Made by a program: the position numbers and the translations under genes | In this document: piece after piece, positions 27,014-36,267 of the stretch | Numbering within the stretch: the first letter of the stretch is position 1 | Layout: each line of letters starts with the position of its first letter | The notes under the pieces: generated by a model | Database searches by the model: none | What the model was told of the DNA's origin: nothing | What the model saw: the letters and a program-made list of their open reading frames with translations, nothing else | NCBI GenBank assembly: GCA_001004665.1 | Contig: LCRO01000001.1 | Location: 483 to 64,482 of the forward strand | Length of the DNA: 64,000 bases | Source of the DNA: Candidatus Adlerbacteria bacterium GW2011_GWA1_54_10 | GTDB taxonomy: Bacteria > Patescibacteriota > Minisyncoccia > Phycocordibacterales > SBAW01 | Direction of reading: 5' to 3'

Positions 27014-28225
27014 CTACTTCGTTTCTTTAGTTTCCGCAACTTCTGTTCCCGTTTCTTTAGGCTCGCCGCTCTCGTCAGCCTCGGCGACTTTTTCGCCGCC
27101 TATAGACTCTATGTCTATGCGCCATCCCGTAAGTTTGGCCGCAAGGCGCACGTTCTGCCCGCCGCGGCCTATCGCCAGGCTCTGCTGGTCCTCGGCGACC
27201 TTGACTGTCGCCTTGTGCTCCCCATCGTCTATGTTTACGGAAAGAACGCGCGCCGGCGATAGCGCTTCCTCGATGAAGGCCTTTGGATCCTCCGACCACT
27301 CGACAATGTCGATTTTTTCGCCGCCGAGCTCCGATGTTACGGTCGAAACGCGCACCCCGCGCTGGCCCACCAGGGAGCCGACAGGGTCCACATGCGCATC
27401 CGCCGACGCGACTGCGACCTTCGAGCGGCTGCCGGCCTCGCGCGCGATGGCCTTAAATATAACGGTGCCGTGCGCCGCCTCGGGAGCCTCCATCTCAAAA
27501 AGTTTTTTGAGAAAGTCCGGATGCGCGCGGCTGAGCCTCAAGTAAATGCCGCGCGGCGACTCCTCCACCTGGTACAGAAGCGCGCGAATGCGCTCGCCCT
27601 GCCGGTACCGCTCGCCTGGTATCTGCTCCTCGTAAGGCAAAATGCCGGTCGCGCGGCCAAGGTCCACGTAAAGGTTGCCGCGCTCCATGCGTTGCACACT
27701 GCCGGAGATTATCTCTCCTTGGCGCTTTCCGAACTCCGCCACGACAGCGGTCTTCTCCGCCTCGCGTATCTTCTGGATTATGACCTGCTTTGCGGTCTGC
27801 GCCGCTATGCGGCCGTAGTCGTCTCTCGCCTCAAGAGGGAAGATAAGCTCGTCGCCGACGGACGCATCGCGCTTTATAAGTTTGGCGTCAGCCAGAGTAA
27901 TGTGCTGTTCCTCGCTGAAGCGCGGAAGTGGAGCAATAGGGTTGCCGTCCGCGTCGAGTTCCGGTTCTTTTGGGGATTCCTCTCCCTCCTCCTCGTCGGC
28001 AAAACGCACGGTCGTTTCGTCCGCCACCGTTTTTATCTGCGAAAATTCCGTCTTGCCGGAGTTAAGGTCCACATGCGCGCGGATGACTTGCCCCTTTTTG
28101 GCGTACTCTTTTTTATACGCGGTCGCGAGCGCCATCTCCATGGCCTCTACAACCTTGGCGCGCGGAATGCCGCGCTCATCCTCGAGCTCACTTAGTACGG
28201 AATTGATGACTTTTAAATCAAACAT
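27014..28225 (-). CDS. nusA: Transcription termination/antitermination factor NusA.
   Basis: N-terminal NusA domain MFDLKVINSVLSELEDERGIPRAKVVEAMEMAL, S1 and two KH domains. 403 aa. Confidence 0.9.
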   Translation of the reverse strand: MFDLKVINSVLSELEDERGIPRAKVVEAMEMALATAYKKEYAKKGQVIRAHVDLNSGKTEFSQIKTVADETTVRFADEEEGEESPKEPELDADGNPIAPLPRFSEEQHITLADAKLIKRDASVGDELIFPLEARDDYGRIAAQTAKQVIIQKIREAEKTAVVAEFGKRQGEIISGSVQRMERGNLYVDLGRATGILPYEEQIPGERYRQGERIRALLYQVEESPRGIYLRLSRAHPDFLKKLFEMEAPEAAHGTVIFKAIAREAGSRSKVAVASADAHVDPVGSLVGQRGVRVSTVTSELGGEKIDIVEWSEDPKAFIEEALSPARVLSVNIDDGEHKATVKVAEDQQSLAIGRGGQNVRLAAKLTGWRIDIESIGGEKVAEADESGEPKETGTEVAETKETK

Positions 28226-28337
28226 GATATCTTCGGTTCGCTTTTAAAAGGAGAACCGCCCTCTCGGGGCGGTTTCCAGACTATATTATCCTACTGCGGT
28301 CCATGTATAAAGTCAAACATTCTTATATAATGCAACC

Positions 28338-29762
28338 ATGTACGCGGAGGAGGCGCTTAGGGATTTTTTAATTGATGTGGGACTTGTGTCGAAAAGTCAA
28401 ATGGAAGTCCTTGGCGGCGAGAAGGTTTCGCGGTCGCTCATTGAGCGGGGAATACTATCCGAAGACGAACTATGCAAGGCGCTCGCGCACGTGCACGGCA
28501 TACCTTTTATCGAGCTCGACGTGGACGATATTTCGCAGGACGCACTTGCCGTTATACCCGAGCCGCTCTCGCGGGGACATTCGATAATAGGATATCGAAT
28601 GTCGGAAAACAAGCTCGAGGTTGCCCTGCTCGACCTTGTCGCGCTTGAGGAGCTGGAATTTTTGCGTCCGCGTTACAAAATTTTGCCGCGCCTGACCGAC
28701 AAAGAATCGATAAAACGCGGACTTCTTGCGTATCAAAAGTATCTGCGCGGGAAATACGGCAAGGCGCTCAAGGAGGAGGGTGACCCCGATCGCATGGCGC
28801 GGCATCTGCTCGCCCACGCGCTCGCGCAGGGCGCGAGCGCGGCGCATTTAGAGCCCGGCGATTCCGGTGTCTTAGTGCGCCATCGCATCAATGGCGCCTT
28901 GCGCGACGCGATTCTGCTTCCGCAAAGCATGCAGACGGCTCTGGAGGGTATATTCCCCAAAGACGGATGGATAGCGGTGGACATCGGCGTCGGCTCGGAC
29001 ATCAAAGTGCGCGTAGCGCGCCCTGGCGGAGGAAAGATCGTTCTCAATCTGCGCGGTGCCGCTTTTGAGCCTCTTGGGTTTCATGGCGAGGCGCTCGAGC
29101 AGTTAGAGCGCGCGGTTTCGCGCCGGCACCTGCCTGCGCAGGCAGGCGGAGTCGTCGCAATAGAGGGCGAGGGCAAGTCTATGCTTTTGAGAACCATAAA
29201 AGAGATCGTTTCGGCGCCCGATATTTCGATCGCAGATGTCGGCTCTTCCGCCGCGGCGCGCGTCGCGCTTAAAGCCGATCCGGACGTTATATTTATGAAC
29301 GGCATGCGCGACAGCGAGAGCGCCGCTCTCGCCGCAAGCGGCGCGGCGCGCGGCATATTCGTCGTCGTCGCGGTCGAGGGTGGGGGGTTGATCGGGGAGG
29401 CGCTTATAGTTCGGCAGGCGCTGGCGCGCAGGCTCTGCCAAAAGCAATTTTTTGACAAACGGCCTCTATCGCGGCTTGAGCAGAATGCACTCGAGCCTCA
29501 TGCAGATTTCATCCGCGTGCTCTCCGCGCTAAAAGAAGAGGGTGTTGTAGGAAAAGAAACGCCTTGGAAGGAAGTCAAATTCGCGCGCGCCGTGCCCTGC
29601 AGCGAGTGCCGCGGAGGATATGCCGGCGACATAGGCCTGCAGGAGGTTTCCGCCGGCGGAACTCGCATAGGCCTTAATTTGGCGGAAGACGGTCTCTTCA
29701 AGTCCGCGCAAGGGCAGACGAGCCTCGAGGAGGTATTGTCCATGCTGTATGATGGCAGGTGA
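28338..29762 (+). CDS. PilB/GspE-family (type II secretion / type IV pilus assembly ATPase) paralog with degenerate catalytic motifs. Putative pseudo-ATPase with an N-terminal MshEN/GspE_N-like domain and a C-terminal zinc-ribbon.
   Basis: Family motifs retained: DIKVRVARPGGGKIVLNLR (RvS...GEk.VlRiL), ADPDVIFMNGMRDSESAALA, RQALARRLC, C-terminal CSECRGGYAGDIGLQEV. Walker A reads AIEGEGKSM instead of GPTGSGKTT. The Walker B Asp/Glu and His-box residues are not recognisable. Confidence 0.65.
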   Translation: MYAEEALRDFLIDVGLVSKSQMEVLGGEKVSRSLIERGILSEDELCKALAHVHGIPFIELDVDDISQDALAVIPEPLSRGHSIIGYRMSENKLEVALLDLVALEELEFLRPRYKILPRLTDKESIKRGLLAYQKYLRGKYGKALKEEGDPDRMARHLLAHALAQGASAAHLEPGDSGVLVRHRINGALRDAILLPQSMQTALEGIFPKDGWIAVDIGVGSDIKVRVARPGGGKIVLNLRGAAFEPLGFHGEALEQLERAVSRRHLPAQAGGVVAIEGEGKSMLLRTIKEIVSAPDISIADVGSSAAARVALKADPDVIFMNGMRDSESAALAASGAARGIFVVVAVEGGGLIGEALIVRQALARRLCQKQFFDKRPLSRLEQNALEPHADFIRVLSALKEEGVVGKETPWKEVKFARAVPCSECRGGYAGDIGLQEVSAGGTRIGLNLAEDGLFKSAQGQTSLEEVLSMLYDGR

Positions 29763-30592
29763 TGAACAGATTCCCCAAGTCGCGGCGCATAGTGATAGCC
29801 AACTGGAAGATGTATTTGGAATCTCCCAAGGAGGCGGTTAAGTACGCGCAAAATTTGCGCAAAAATGCGAGAAATTTCAATGGAGTGGAAGCATGGATAG
29901 CGGCGCCGTTTACTTTGATACCAGTCGTGGCACAGGCGCTAAAAAATTCGAGCATAAAAATAGGTGCGCAGACGGCGTCGCCTTTCAATGCCGCGCAAAG
30001 TGGAGTGCATACAGGCGAGGTATCGGCGGCGATGCTCAAAAATGCCGGAGCCGGCTTTGTGCTTGTGGGACACTCGGAACGTCGGGCAATGGGCGAGTCG
30101 GAAGAAACCGTGCGTGAGCAGTCAGTGCGCGCGCTTTCCGCGGGGCTTACCGCAGTTCTCTGCGTAGGGGAGGCGGAGCGCAGTGCGGAGGGCACACACT
30201 TTGGATTTATAGAATCACAGTTGCGGTCGGCGTGCGAGGGACTGCAGGCGTATGCGGGGCGGGCGGCTGTCGCGTACGAGCCGATATGGGCCATTGGCAA
30301 GTCGGCAGAAGACGCCATGAGCCCGCCGGAAATTCAGGAAACGGCCATCTTCATAAAAAAAGTCCTTTCGGATGCGCTCGGCCGCAGCGCCGCCGCAAAA
30401 ATTCCGATACTGTACGGCGGTTCCGTAGACCGGGCTAACGCAAAAGCGATAATGGAGGAGGGCGGCGTTTCTGGATTTCTGGTCGGGCACGCTAGCGCTA
30501 AGCTGGATTCTTTTGTAGAAATACTGAAAGCCGTTCGACCGCTTCGACAGGCTCAGGGTAAACAAGCTCGCGGTAAGCATGCCGGAAATTAG
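29759..30592 (+). CDS. tpiA: Triosephosphate isomerase.
   Basis: IVIANWKMY, GAQTASPFNAAQSGVHTGEVSAAML, VGHSERR, GEAE motifs. 277 aa. Confidence 0.92.
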   Translation: MMNRFPKSRRIVIANWKMYLESPKEAVKYAQNLRKNARNFNGVEAWIAAPFTLIPVVAQALKNSSIKIGAQTASPFNAAQSGVHTGEVSAAMLKNAGAGFVLVGHSERRAMGESEETVREQSVRALSAGLTAVLCVGEAERSAEGTHFGFIESQLRSACEGLQAYAGRAAVAYEPIWAIGKSAEDAMSPPEIQETAIFIKKVLSDALGRSAAAKIPILYGGSVDRANAKAIMEEGGVSGFLVGHASAKLDSFVEILKAVRPLRQAQGKQARGKHAGN

Positions 30593-31715
30593 AGACATCA
30601 AAGACGCGGACATAGAGAACAAGCGCACATTGGTTCGCGTCGATTTTGACGTCCCTATCGCGGAGGGCCGCATCCTGGACGACGTGCGCATCAAAGCTGT
30701 CATTCCAACTCTTGAGCTGCTACACGAGAGCGGTGCCGCAAAAATTACTCTCATAGCGCACCTCGGCCGCCCCAATGGAAAAACAGTCGAGTCGCTACGT
30801 CTTGTACCCGTAGAAGCGCGCCTGCGCGAGCTGACGAAAGTGCCGTTTGAAATGCGGGAAAATCTGCGCTTCGACCCGCGCGAGGAGGCTAATGACGAAA
30901 ACTTTGCAAAAGAGTTGGCGGCGCTTGGCGATATATATGTAAACGAGGCCTTCGCCGACAGCCATCGTGCGCACGCCTCGATCGTGGGCGTACCGAAATT
31001 CCTTCCATCATATGCGGGCCTGCGCTTTATGAAGGAGGTCGATAAGTTGCGCGAGGCGCAGACACCGCCGGTAGGCTCCGTGGCCGTCATCGGCGGAGCA
31101 AAATTCGAGACTAAGGAACCGCTCTTGCGCAACCTGCTATCCGCGTACTCGCAGGTCCTGCTTGGCGGAGCGCTGGCAGACGACGTACTAAAGGCGCGCG
31201 GCATGCCAGTAGGCGAGTCGCTTGTAGCGGAAGTTGGCGTGCCGACGGAGCTTGCGGGTAGCGAACGCATTCTCGTACCGGCCGATGTGTATCTCGAGGA
31301 AGAGGACGACAAGGGGAGCGCCCGGGCGGCAATGACCGGCGATGTGCGCAAGGAGGAGCGGATAGTGGACATAGGCCCCTCCACGGCCGCGACATGGGCG
31401 CAAAAAATTTCCGAGGCTCCTTTCGTGCTTTGGAACGGTCCCATGGGCATTTACGAGGAAGGATATCGCGCTGGCACGGATGCTCTGGCTGTAGCGCTCA
31501 TCAAGGGCGGCGCAAGGGCAATAGTTGGAGGCGGCGACACTCTAGCCGCTTTGCGCTCCATACAAGATTCTACCTTAAAACAAGGTTCATCGAGGCCGGA
31601 CCTTGATGAAATCGAAAAAAGCGGCCGTATTTTCTTTTCAATGGGCGGCGGGGCAATGCTTAAATATCTCGCCGAGGGCACTCTTCCGGGGCTTGAGGCT
31701 TTGACAAGACGCTAG
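30579..31715 (+). CDS. pgk: Phosphoglycerate kinase. Carries an in-frame palindromic insertion encoding ...STLKQGSSRPDLDEIEKS... near the C-terminus.
   Basis: RVDFDVP, IAHLGRP, GGAKFETKEP, GGGDT and SMGGGA motifs. 378 aa. Overlaps tpiA by 14 nt in a different frame, so it is not a fusion. Confidence 0.92.
   Translation: MPEIRDIKDADIENKRTLVRVDFDVPIAEGRILDDVRIKAVIPTLELLHESGAAKITLIAHLGRPNGKTVESLRLVPVEARLRELTKVPFEMRENLRFDPREEANDENFAKELAALGDIYVNEAFADSHRAHASIVGVPKFLPSYAGLRFMKEVDKLREAQTPPVGSVAVIGGAKFETKEPLLRNLLSAYSQVLLGGALADDVLKARGMPVGESLVAEVGVPTELAGSERILVPADVYLEEEDDKGSARAAMTGDVRKEERIVDIGPSTAATWAQKISEAPFVLWNGPMGIYEEGYRAGTDALAVALIKGGARAIVGGGDTLAALRSIQDSTLKQGSSRPDLDEIEKSGRIFFSMGGGAMLKYLAEGTLPGLEALTRR
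31581..31608. repeat. Palindromic mini-element copy 3 (caaggttcatcgaggccggaccttgatg), in-frame inside pgk, in opposite genomic orientation to copies 1 and 2 but the same coding orientation.
   Basis: Core ggttcatcgaggccggacctt matches the reverse complement of the comM/pnp core ggctcYtcaaggtcgaacctt at 16/21 positions. Stem caaggttc/ggaccttg. Encodes QGSSRPDLD. Confidence 0.55.
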
Positions 31716-31823
31716 ACTAGTTTTCGCGATCGCAATCCACAGATTTTTGTGTAATTTTCGGGTGCGGGGAACGAGGCTAGTCCCTATACTATAGGGACCT
31801 TTATAAATTAATATTTATTTTCC

Positions 31824-33992
31824 ATGCCCCGCACAGAAGCTCCCATGCCTGTATCCATTGTCAAGCGCGACGGGCGCACAGTGCCATTTAATTCCGACAA
31901 AATAGCCATGGCGCTGGAGCGTGCTTATGCGTCTTTGGGACAGGAGCGCCCGGACATGGTCGCGATAATCACGAACGCAATCGCAGGCTCCCTTGCGGAG
32001 CGCAAGGAAACACCGACTGTCGAAGAGGTGCAGGACATGGTGGAAAAGTCCCTTCTTACCATGCGGGAATTCGAGGTCGCCAAGGCGTACATGCTGTACA
32101 GAGAGCAGCATTCCGCGATGCGGCGCTTGCGCGGCGAGCAAGGCGGGGGGATGCTTGTCGAGAAATACCTGGGGAATGCCGACTGGCAGGTCAAGGAAAA
32201 CAGCAATATGGCCTTCTCTCTGCAGGGACTCAACAATTACGTCGCTTCCGACATCAGCAAGCGCTACTGGCTGGAGTCCATTTATCCCAAAGAGGTGCGC
32301 AGGGCGCATGAGGGAGGAGACTTCCACATGCACGACTTGCAGACGCTGTCCGTATACTGCGTCGGGTGGGACCTCATGGACCTTCTTATGCGCGGCTTCG
32401 GCGGTGTCCCGGGCAAAGTGTCGAGCGCGCCGCCGAGGCACTTCCGCAGCGCCTTGGGACAGGTAGTCAACTTTTTCTACACCCTGCAGGGCGAGGCGGC
32501 GGGGGCGCAGGCATTCTCGTCCCTCGATACCCTGCTCGCGCCTTTTATCCGCTACGACGGCTTGACTTATGACGAGGTCAAGCAGGCCCTGCAGGAGTTC
32601 GTATTCAACCTTAACGTTCCGACTCGCGTAGGTTTCCAAACGCCGTTCACCAACGTTACGCTCGATGTTGTCGTGCCGGAGTCCTTGCTCGGCACGCCGG
32701 TGATTCGCGGAGGCAAAATGCAAAAGGAATGCTACGGCGAATTTCAGGACGAGGTTAATACTTTCAATCGCGCATTCGTCGAGATACTGCGCGACGGCGA
32801 TGCCTCCGGAAGGGTATTTACCTTCCCGATTCCTACATACAACATCACCCGCGACTTCAATTGGGACAACCCGGCCCTGGAGCCTCTGTGGGAGGCCGCG
32901 GCGAAGTACGGGATCCCGTACTTTTCCAATTTCGTCAGCTCGGACATGAATCCGGAGGACGCGCGCTCTATGTGCTGCCGCCTGCGCATAGACAACCGAG
33001 ACCTAGTCAAGCGCGGCGGGGGGCTCTTCGGAGCGCATCCGCTTACGGGCTCGGTCGGCGTCGTAACCATCAACATGCCGCGCCTCGGGCTCATATCCAA
33101 AAACGAGGAGGATTTCTTCGCAAGGCTCTCGCGCCTGATGGAGACGGCAAAGACGAGCCTCGAGATAAAGCGCAAAATGCTCGAGCGCCTTACGGAAGGC
33201 GGGCTCTATCCGTATACCCGGTACTATCTTGGCAAGATCCGCGAGCAGAACGGCTCATACTGGATGAATCACTTCTCCACCATAGGTCTAGTCGGAATGA
33301 ACGAGGCAACGCTCAATTTGTTGGGCAGTACAATCGCCGAGCAAAGGGGAAGGGAGTTCGGCGAGCGTGTGCTTTCCTTCATGCGCGAGAAACTTTCCGA
33401 TTTTCAGGAGGAAACAGGCAACTTGTACAACCTTGAGGCGACGCCGGCCGAGGGCGCGGCGTACAGACTTGCGCTCATTGACCAGAAGCAGTTTGAGAAC
33501 GCCCGTTTTGCAAACGGGGCGGGAAAGGATGTCCAGCACCCCTTCTACACCAACTCAACGCACCTACCCGTCAATTATACCGACGACATATTCGAGATAC
33601 TTGAGCTTCAGGACAATCTGCAGACCAAGTATACGGGCGGCACGGTGATACATTTTTTCATCGGCGAGCGAGTGAAGGACCCGCGCGCCGTGCGCGAGAT
33701 GGTGCGTATCATCTGCAACAATTACCACTTACCGTACTTCACCATCACTCCGACGTTCAGCGTCTGCTCTTCGCACGGTTATCTTGCGGGCGAATGCCAG
33801 CGCTGCCCGACCTGCGGCGCTACCTGCGAAGTTTACTCGCGCATAGTCGGATACCTGCGGCCGACGGCGCAGTGGAACCAGGGTAAGCTCGCGGAATTCG
33901 GCATGCGCGAGACCATCCCGAGCGAGAAGGTCGGCTCTCCCTCCCATGCGGATGCGGCTCTCAATCCTGTAGGCGAGGCGGTATGCGCATAG
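31824..33992 (+). CDS. nrdD: Anaerobic ribonucleoside-triphosphate reductase (class III RNR).
   Basis: N-terminal ATP-cone (VKRDGRTVPFNSDKIAMALERA). Glycyl-radical C-terminus with CQRCPTCGATCEVYSRIVGYLRP. 722 aa. Confidence 0.9.
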   Translation: MPRTEAPMPVSIVKRDGRTVPFNSDKIAMALERAYASLGQERPDMVAIITNAIAGSLAERKETPTVEEVQDMVEKSLLTMREFEVAKAYMLYREQHSAMRRLRGEQGGGMLVEKYLGNADWQVKENSNMAFSLQGLNNYVASDISKRYWLESIYPKEVRRAHEGGDFHMHDLQTLSVYCVGWDLMDLLMRGFGGVPGKVSSAPPRHFRSALGQVVNFFYTLQGEAAGAQAFSSLDTLLAPFIRYDGLTYDEVKQALQEFVFNLNVPTRVGFQTPFTNVTLDVVVPESLLGTPVIRGGKMQKECYGEFQDEVNTFNRAFVEILRDGDASGRVFTFPIPTYNITRDFNWDNPALEPLWEAAAKYGIPYFSNFVSSDMNPEDARSMCCRLRIDNRDLVKRGGGLFGAHPLTGSVGVVTINMPRLGLISKNEEDFFARLSRLMETAKTSLEIKRKMLERLTEGGLYPYTRYYLGKIREQNGSYWMNHFSTIGLVGMNEATLNLLGSTIAEQRGREFGERVLSFMREKLSDFQEETGNLYNLEATPAEGAAYRLALIDQKQFENARFANGAGKDVQHPFYTNSTHLPVNYTDDIFEILELQDNLQTKYTGGTVIHFFIGERVKDPRAVREMVRIICNNYHLPYFTITPTFSVCSSHGYLAGECQRCPTCGATCEVYSRIVGYLRPTAQWNQGKLAEFGMRETIPSEKVGSPSHADAALNPVGEAVCA

Positions 33993-34669
33993 GGGGTTTC
34001 CAGGGGAGCTCGCTCATCGATTATCCCGGCAACGTTTCCGCGGTCATATTTACCATAGGATGCAACTTCCGCTGTCCCTACTGCCACAACCCGGAGCTTG
34101 TGCTCGAGACTCCGGAGCGCGAGATACCGTCGGAGGAGATAATCAAGTTCCTCGATTCGCGGAAAGGGGTTTTGCCGGCCGTAGTTATAACGGGCGGTGA
34201 GCCCACCATGCACGATGACCTGCCGGACTTCGCGCGGAGGGTAAAAAGCCTCGGATACCTGGTCAAGCTCGACACCAACGGGACTAACCCCGCCATGCTT
34301 AGGAAACTGATTGGGGAAAAACATGTAGACTATGTGGCCATGGACATAAAGGCGCCGCGAGAAAAGTACCCGCAGATCGTAGGGAGCGCTGTCAACGCCG
34401 CGGCCATTCGCGAGTCTATAGATTTTCTACTCTCCAACACCGTGGATTATGAGTTCCGCACGACCATTGTCCGCTCCCAACTCTCCCCCGAGGATCTAGA
34501 GCAGATAGGGGTCGAAATAGCTGGAGCGAGGCGATATTTCCTGCAGGAATTCTTGCCGGGGAAGACCCTGCATCCGGCATTCCGTAACAAACTCTCTTAC
34601 GGACGTGGGGAACTTGAAAACATTGCAGAGTCGCTTAAAAAACATGTTACACATTGCGAAGTCCGATGA
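33983..34669 (+). CDS. nrdG: Anaerobic RNR activating enzyme (radical SAM).
   Basis: CNFRCPYCHNPEL radical-SAM cluster motif. Adjacent to nrdD. 228 aa. Confidence 0.88.
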   Translation: MRIGGFQGSSLIDYPGNVSAVIFTIGCNFRCPYCHNPELVLETPEREIPSEEIIKFLDSRKGVLPAVVITGGEPTMHDDLPDFARRVKSLGYLVKLDTNGTNPAMLRKLIGEKHVDYVAMDIKAPREKYPQIVGSAVNAAAIRESIDFLLSNTVDYEFRTTIVRSQLSPEDLEQIGVEIAGARRYFLQEFLPGKTLHPAFRNKLSYGRGELENIAESLKKHVTHCEVR

Positions 34670-35852
34670 TAACGGCAGACTTTATTTAGACTACGCCGCA
34701 GGCGCGCCGCTCTCCACCTTTGTTGCCGCACAGATGGCGCAGGCGAGCACCATTCATGGAAATCCATCCTCGCTTTACGAGGAGGGGAGAGCGGCGCGCG
34801 CGGCTCTCGAGGGCGCAAGAGAGTGCGTCGCGCGCGCGCTTGGCGCGCGCGCGAGCGAAATAATATTCACCGGCTCGGGTAGCGAGTCGGACGCCCTGGC
34901 TCTGTGCGGTGCCGCGCGCGCTCTCTCTCGCGTTGGGCGACACATAATCGTGTCTTCCATAGAGCATAAGGCCGTGCTCAAGTCGGCGCGCGCGCTGGAG
35001 AAAGAAGGATTTTCCGTGAGCTATCTGCCGCCGGATAAAGAAGGATACATAAGCCCAGACACGCTCGCTCGCGCCGTGCGCGCGGACACTGTTCTTGTTT
35101 CTGTAATGTACGCGAACAACGAGATAGGCACGGTGGAGCCTGTGCAAAAACTTGTCGATGCCGTCCGTGCGCGCGCGCCTCGCGTGCTCTTCCACACCGA
35201 CGCATGCCAGGCGCCCGGCCAGTTGCCTGTAGACGTGAACTTGCTCGGGGTAGACCTCATGAGCGTCAACGGATCAAAGGCTTACGGACCGAAAGGAATC
35301 GGCGCTCTTTTTGTGCGCGAGGGCGTGCGTCTCGAGCCCATAGTGCATGGCGAGCAGGAGATGGGCATTCGCGGCGGGACTGAAAGTGTCTTATTAGCTG
35401 CCGGGCTTGCCGCGGCGCTTAATGAGTCGGAGGCTCTGCGCAAGATGGAAGCTCCTCGGCTGGAGCGCCTGCGCGACCTGCTTATATCGCAGGTCGAGTC
35501 GCGCATAAGCGGGGCGCGTCTGCACGGTCCAAGGGAAAACCGCCTGCCCAGCAACGTGCATTTTTCCTTCTCCGGAGTCGAAGGCGAAGCCATGCTGCTT
35601 ATGCTCGATGCGCGCGGCATTTCGTGCGCGACTGGCTCGGCGTGCAACTCCCTCGACCTCGCGCCGTCGCACGTTCTGCTCGCCATAGGTGAAGATCCGG
35701 AGCTTTGCCACGGCTCTGTGCGCATGACGATAGGGCGCGCGACAAGCGAGGAGGACATTTTTCGCGCAACCCGCGAGCTCGAGGATGTGGTCGCGCGCCT
35801 GCGTTCTATTTCTGCGTTAACTATTATGAAGCAAAACTGTTTTGAGAAATAA
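34605..35852 (+). CDS. iscS: Cysteine desulfurase (class V aminotransferase, IscS/NifS-like).
   Basis: YLDYAAGAPLS, HIIVSSIEHKAV, SVNGSKAYGPKGIGALFV (PLP-Lys context), ATGSACNS (catalytic Cys). The true start may be the internal Met at 34644. Confidence 0.88.
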   Translation: MGNLKTLQSRLKNMLHIAKSDDNGRLYLDYAAGAPLSTFVAAQMAQASTIHGNPSSLYEEGRAARAALEGARECVARALGARASEIIFTGSGSESDALALCGAARALSRVGRHIIVSSIEHKAVLKSARALEKEGFSVSYLPPDKEGYISPDTLARAVRADTVLVSVMYANNEIGTVEPVQKLVDAVRARAPRVLFHTDACQAPGQLPVDVNLLGVDLMSVNGSKAYGPKGIGALFVREGVRLEPIVHGEQEMGIRGGTESVLLAAGLAAALNESEALRKMEAPRLERLRDLLISQVESRISGARLHGPRENRLPSNVHFSFSGVEGEAMLLMLDARGISCATGSACNSLDLAPSHVLLAIGEDPELCHGSVRMTIGRATSEEDIFRATRELEDVVARLRSISALTIMKQNCFEK

Positions 35853-36267
35853 ATACAATATGAACACTCAAACACCGTGGGCGTACACGGAAACTGTCAA
35901 AGACCACTTCTTCAGTCCGCGCAATTTTTTGCGGGACGGGGAAAATTTTGATTCGGACGGCACCGGTGTCGTCGGAAGCCCCGCGTGCGGGGACGTAATG
36001 ATGGTCGCGATACAAGTCAGGGATAACCGCGTCGCCGCGTGCAGATGGAGGACTTTCGGCTGTGCGTCCGCCATCGCTTCTACTTCCATGATGTCGGTAA
36101 TGGCTACCGAGGACGGCGGTATGCCGCTTACTCGCGCAAAACGCATTAAACCGGAAGAAATTTTGGAGCGCCTCGGCGGTCTGCCGGAGCGCAAATTCCA
36201 CTGCTCGGTCTTGGGGCAGGAGGCCTTGCGTGAAGCGGTACTCGATTATGAGGCTTCGCATGAATAA
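35842..36267 (+). CDS. iscU: Fe-S cluster assembly scaffold IscU/NifU (N-terminal-domain type).
   Basis: VGSPACGDVMMVAIQV...RTFGCASAIASTSM three-Cys scaffold motif. 141 aa. Confidence 0.85.
   Translation: MRNKYNMNTQTPWAYTETVKDHFFSPRNFLRDGENFDSDGTGVVGSPACGDVMMVAIQVRDNRVAACRWRTFGCASAIASTSMMSVMATEDGGMPLTRAKRIKPEEILERLGGLPERKFHCSVLGQEALREAVLDYEASHE

Noticed and set aside
30215-31450. 411-aa minus-strand ORF, one of many long antisense ORFs. Others include 1301..1876, 3059..3568, 13574..14341, 31815..32723, 48075..48974, 49517..50341 and 55001..55768.
   Set aside because: All lie antisense to strongly supported conserved genes (pgk, pnp, nrdD, tuf, rplC, rplE and others). Their translations are Arg/Ala/Ser/Pro-rich low-complexity sequence, which is typical of stop-free antisense frames in 60%-GC DNA.
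29759-31715. tpiA-pgk as a single fusion gene (as in Thermotoga).
   Set aside because: The two ORFs overlap by 14 nt in different frames, and each has its own start codon. They are separate genes.
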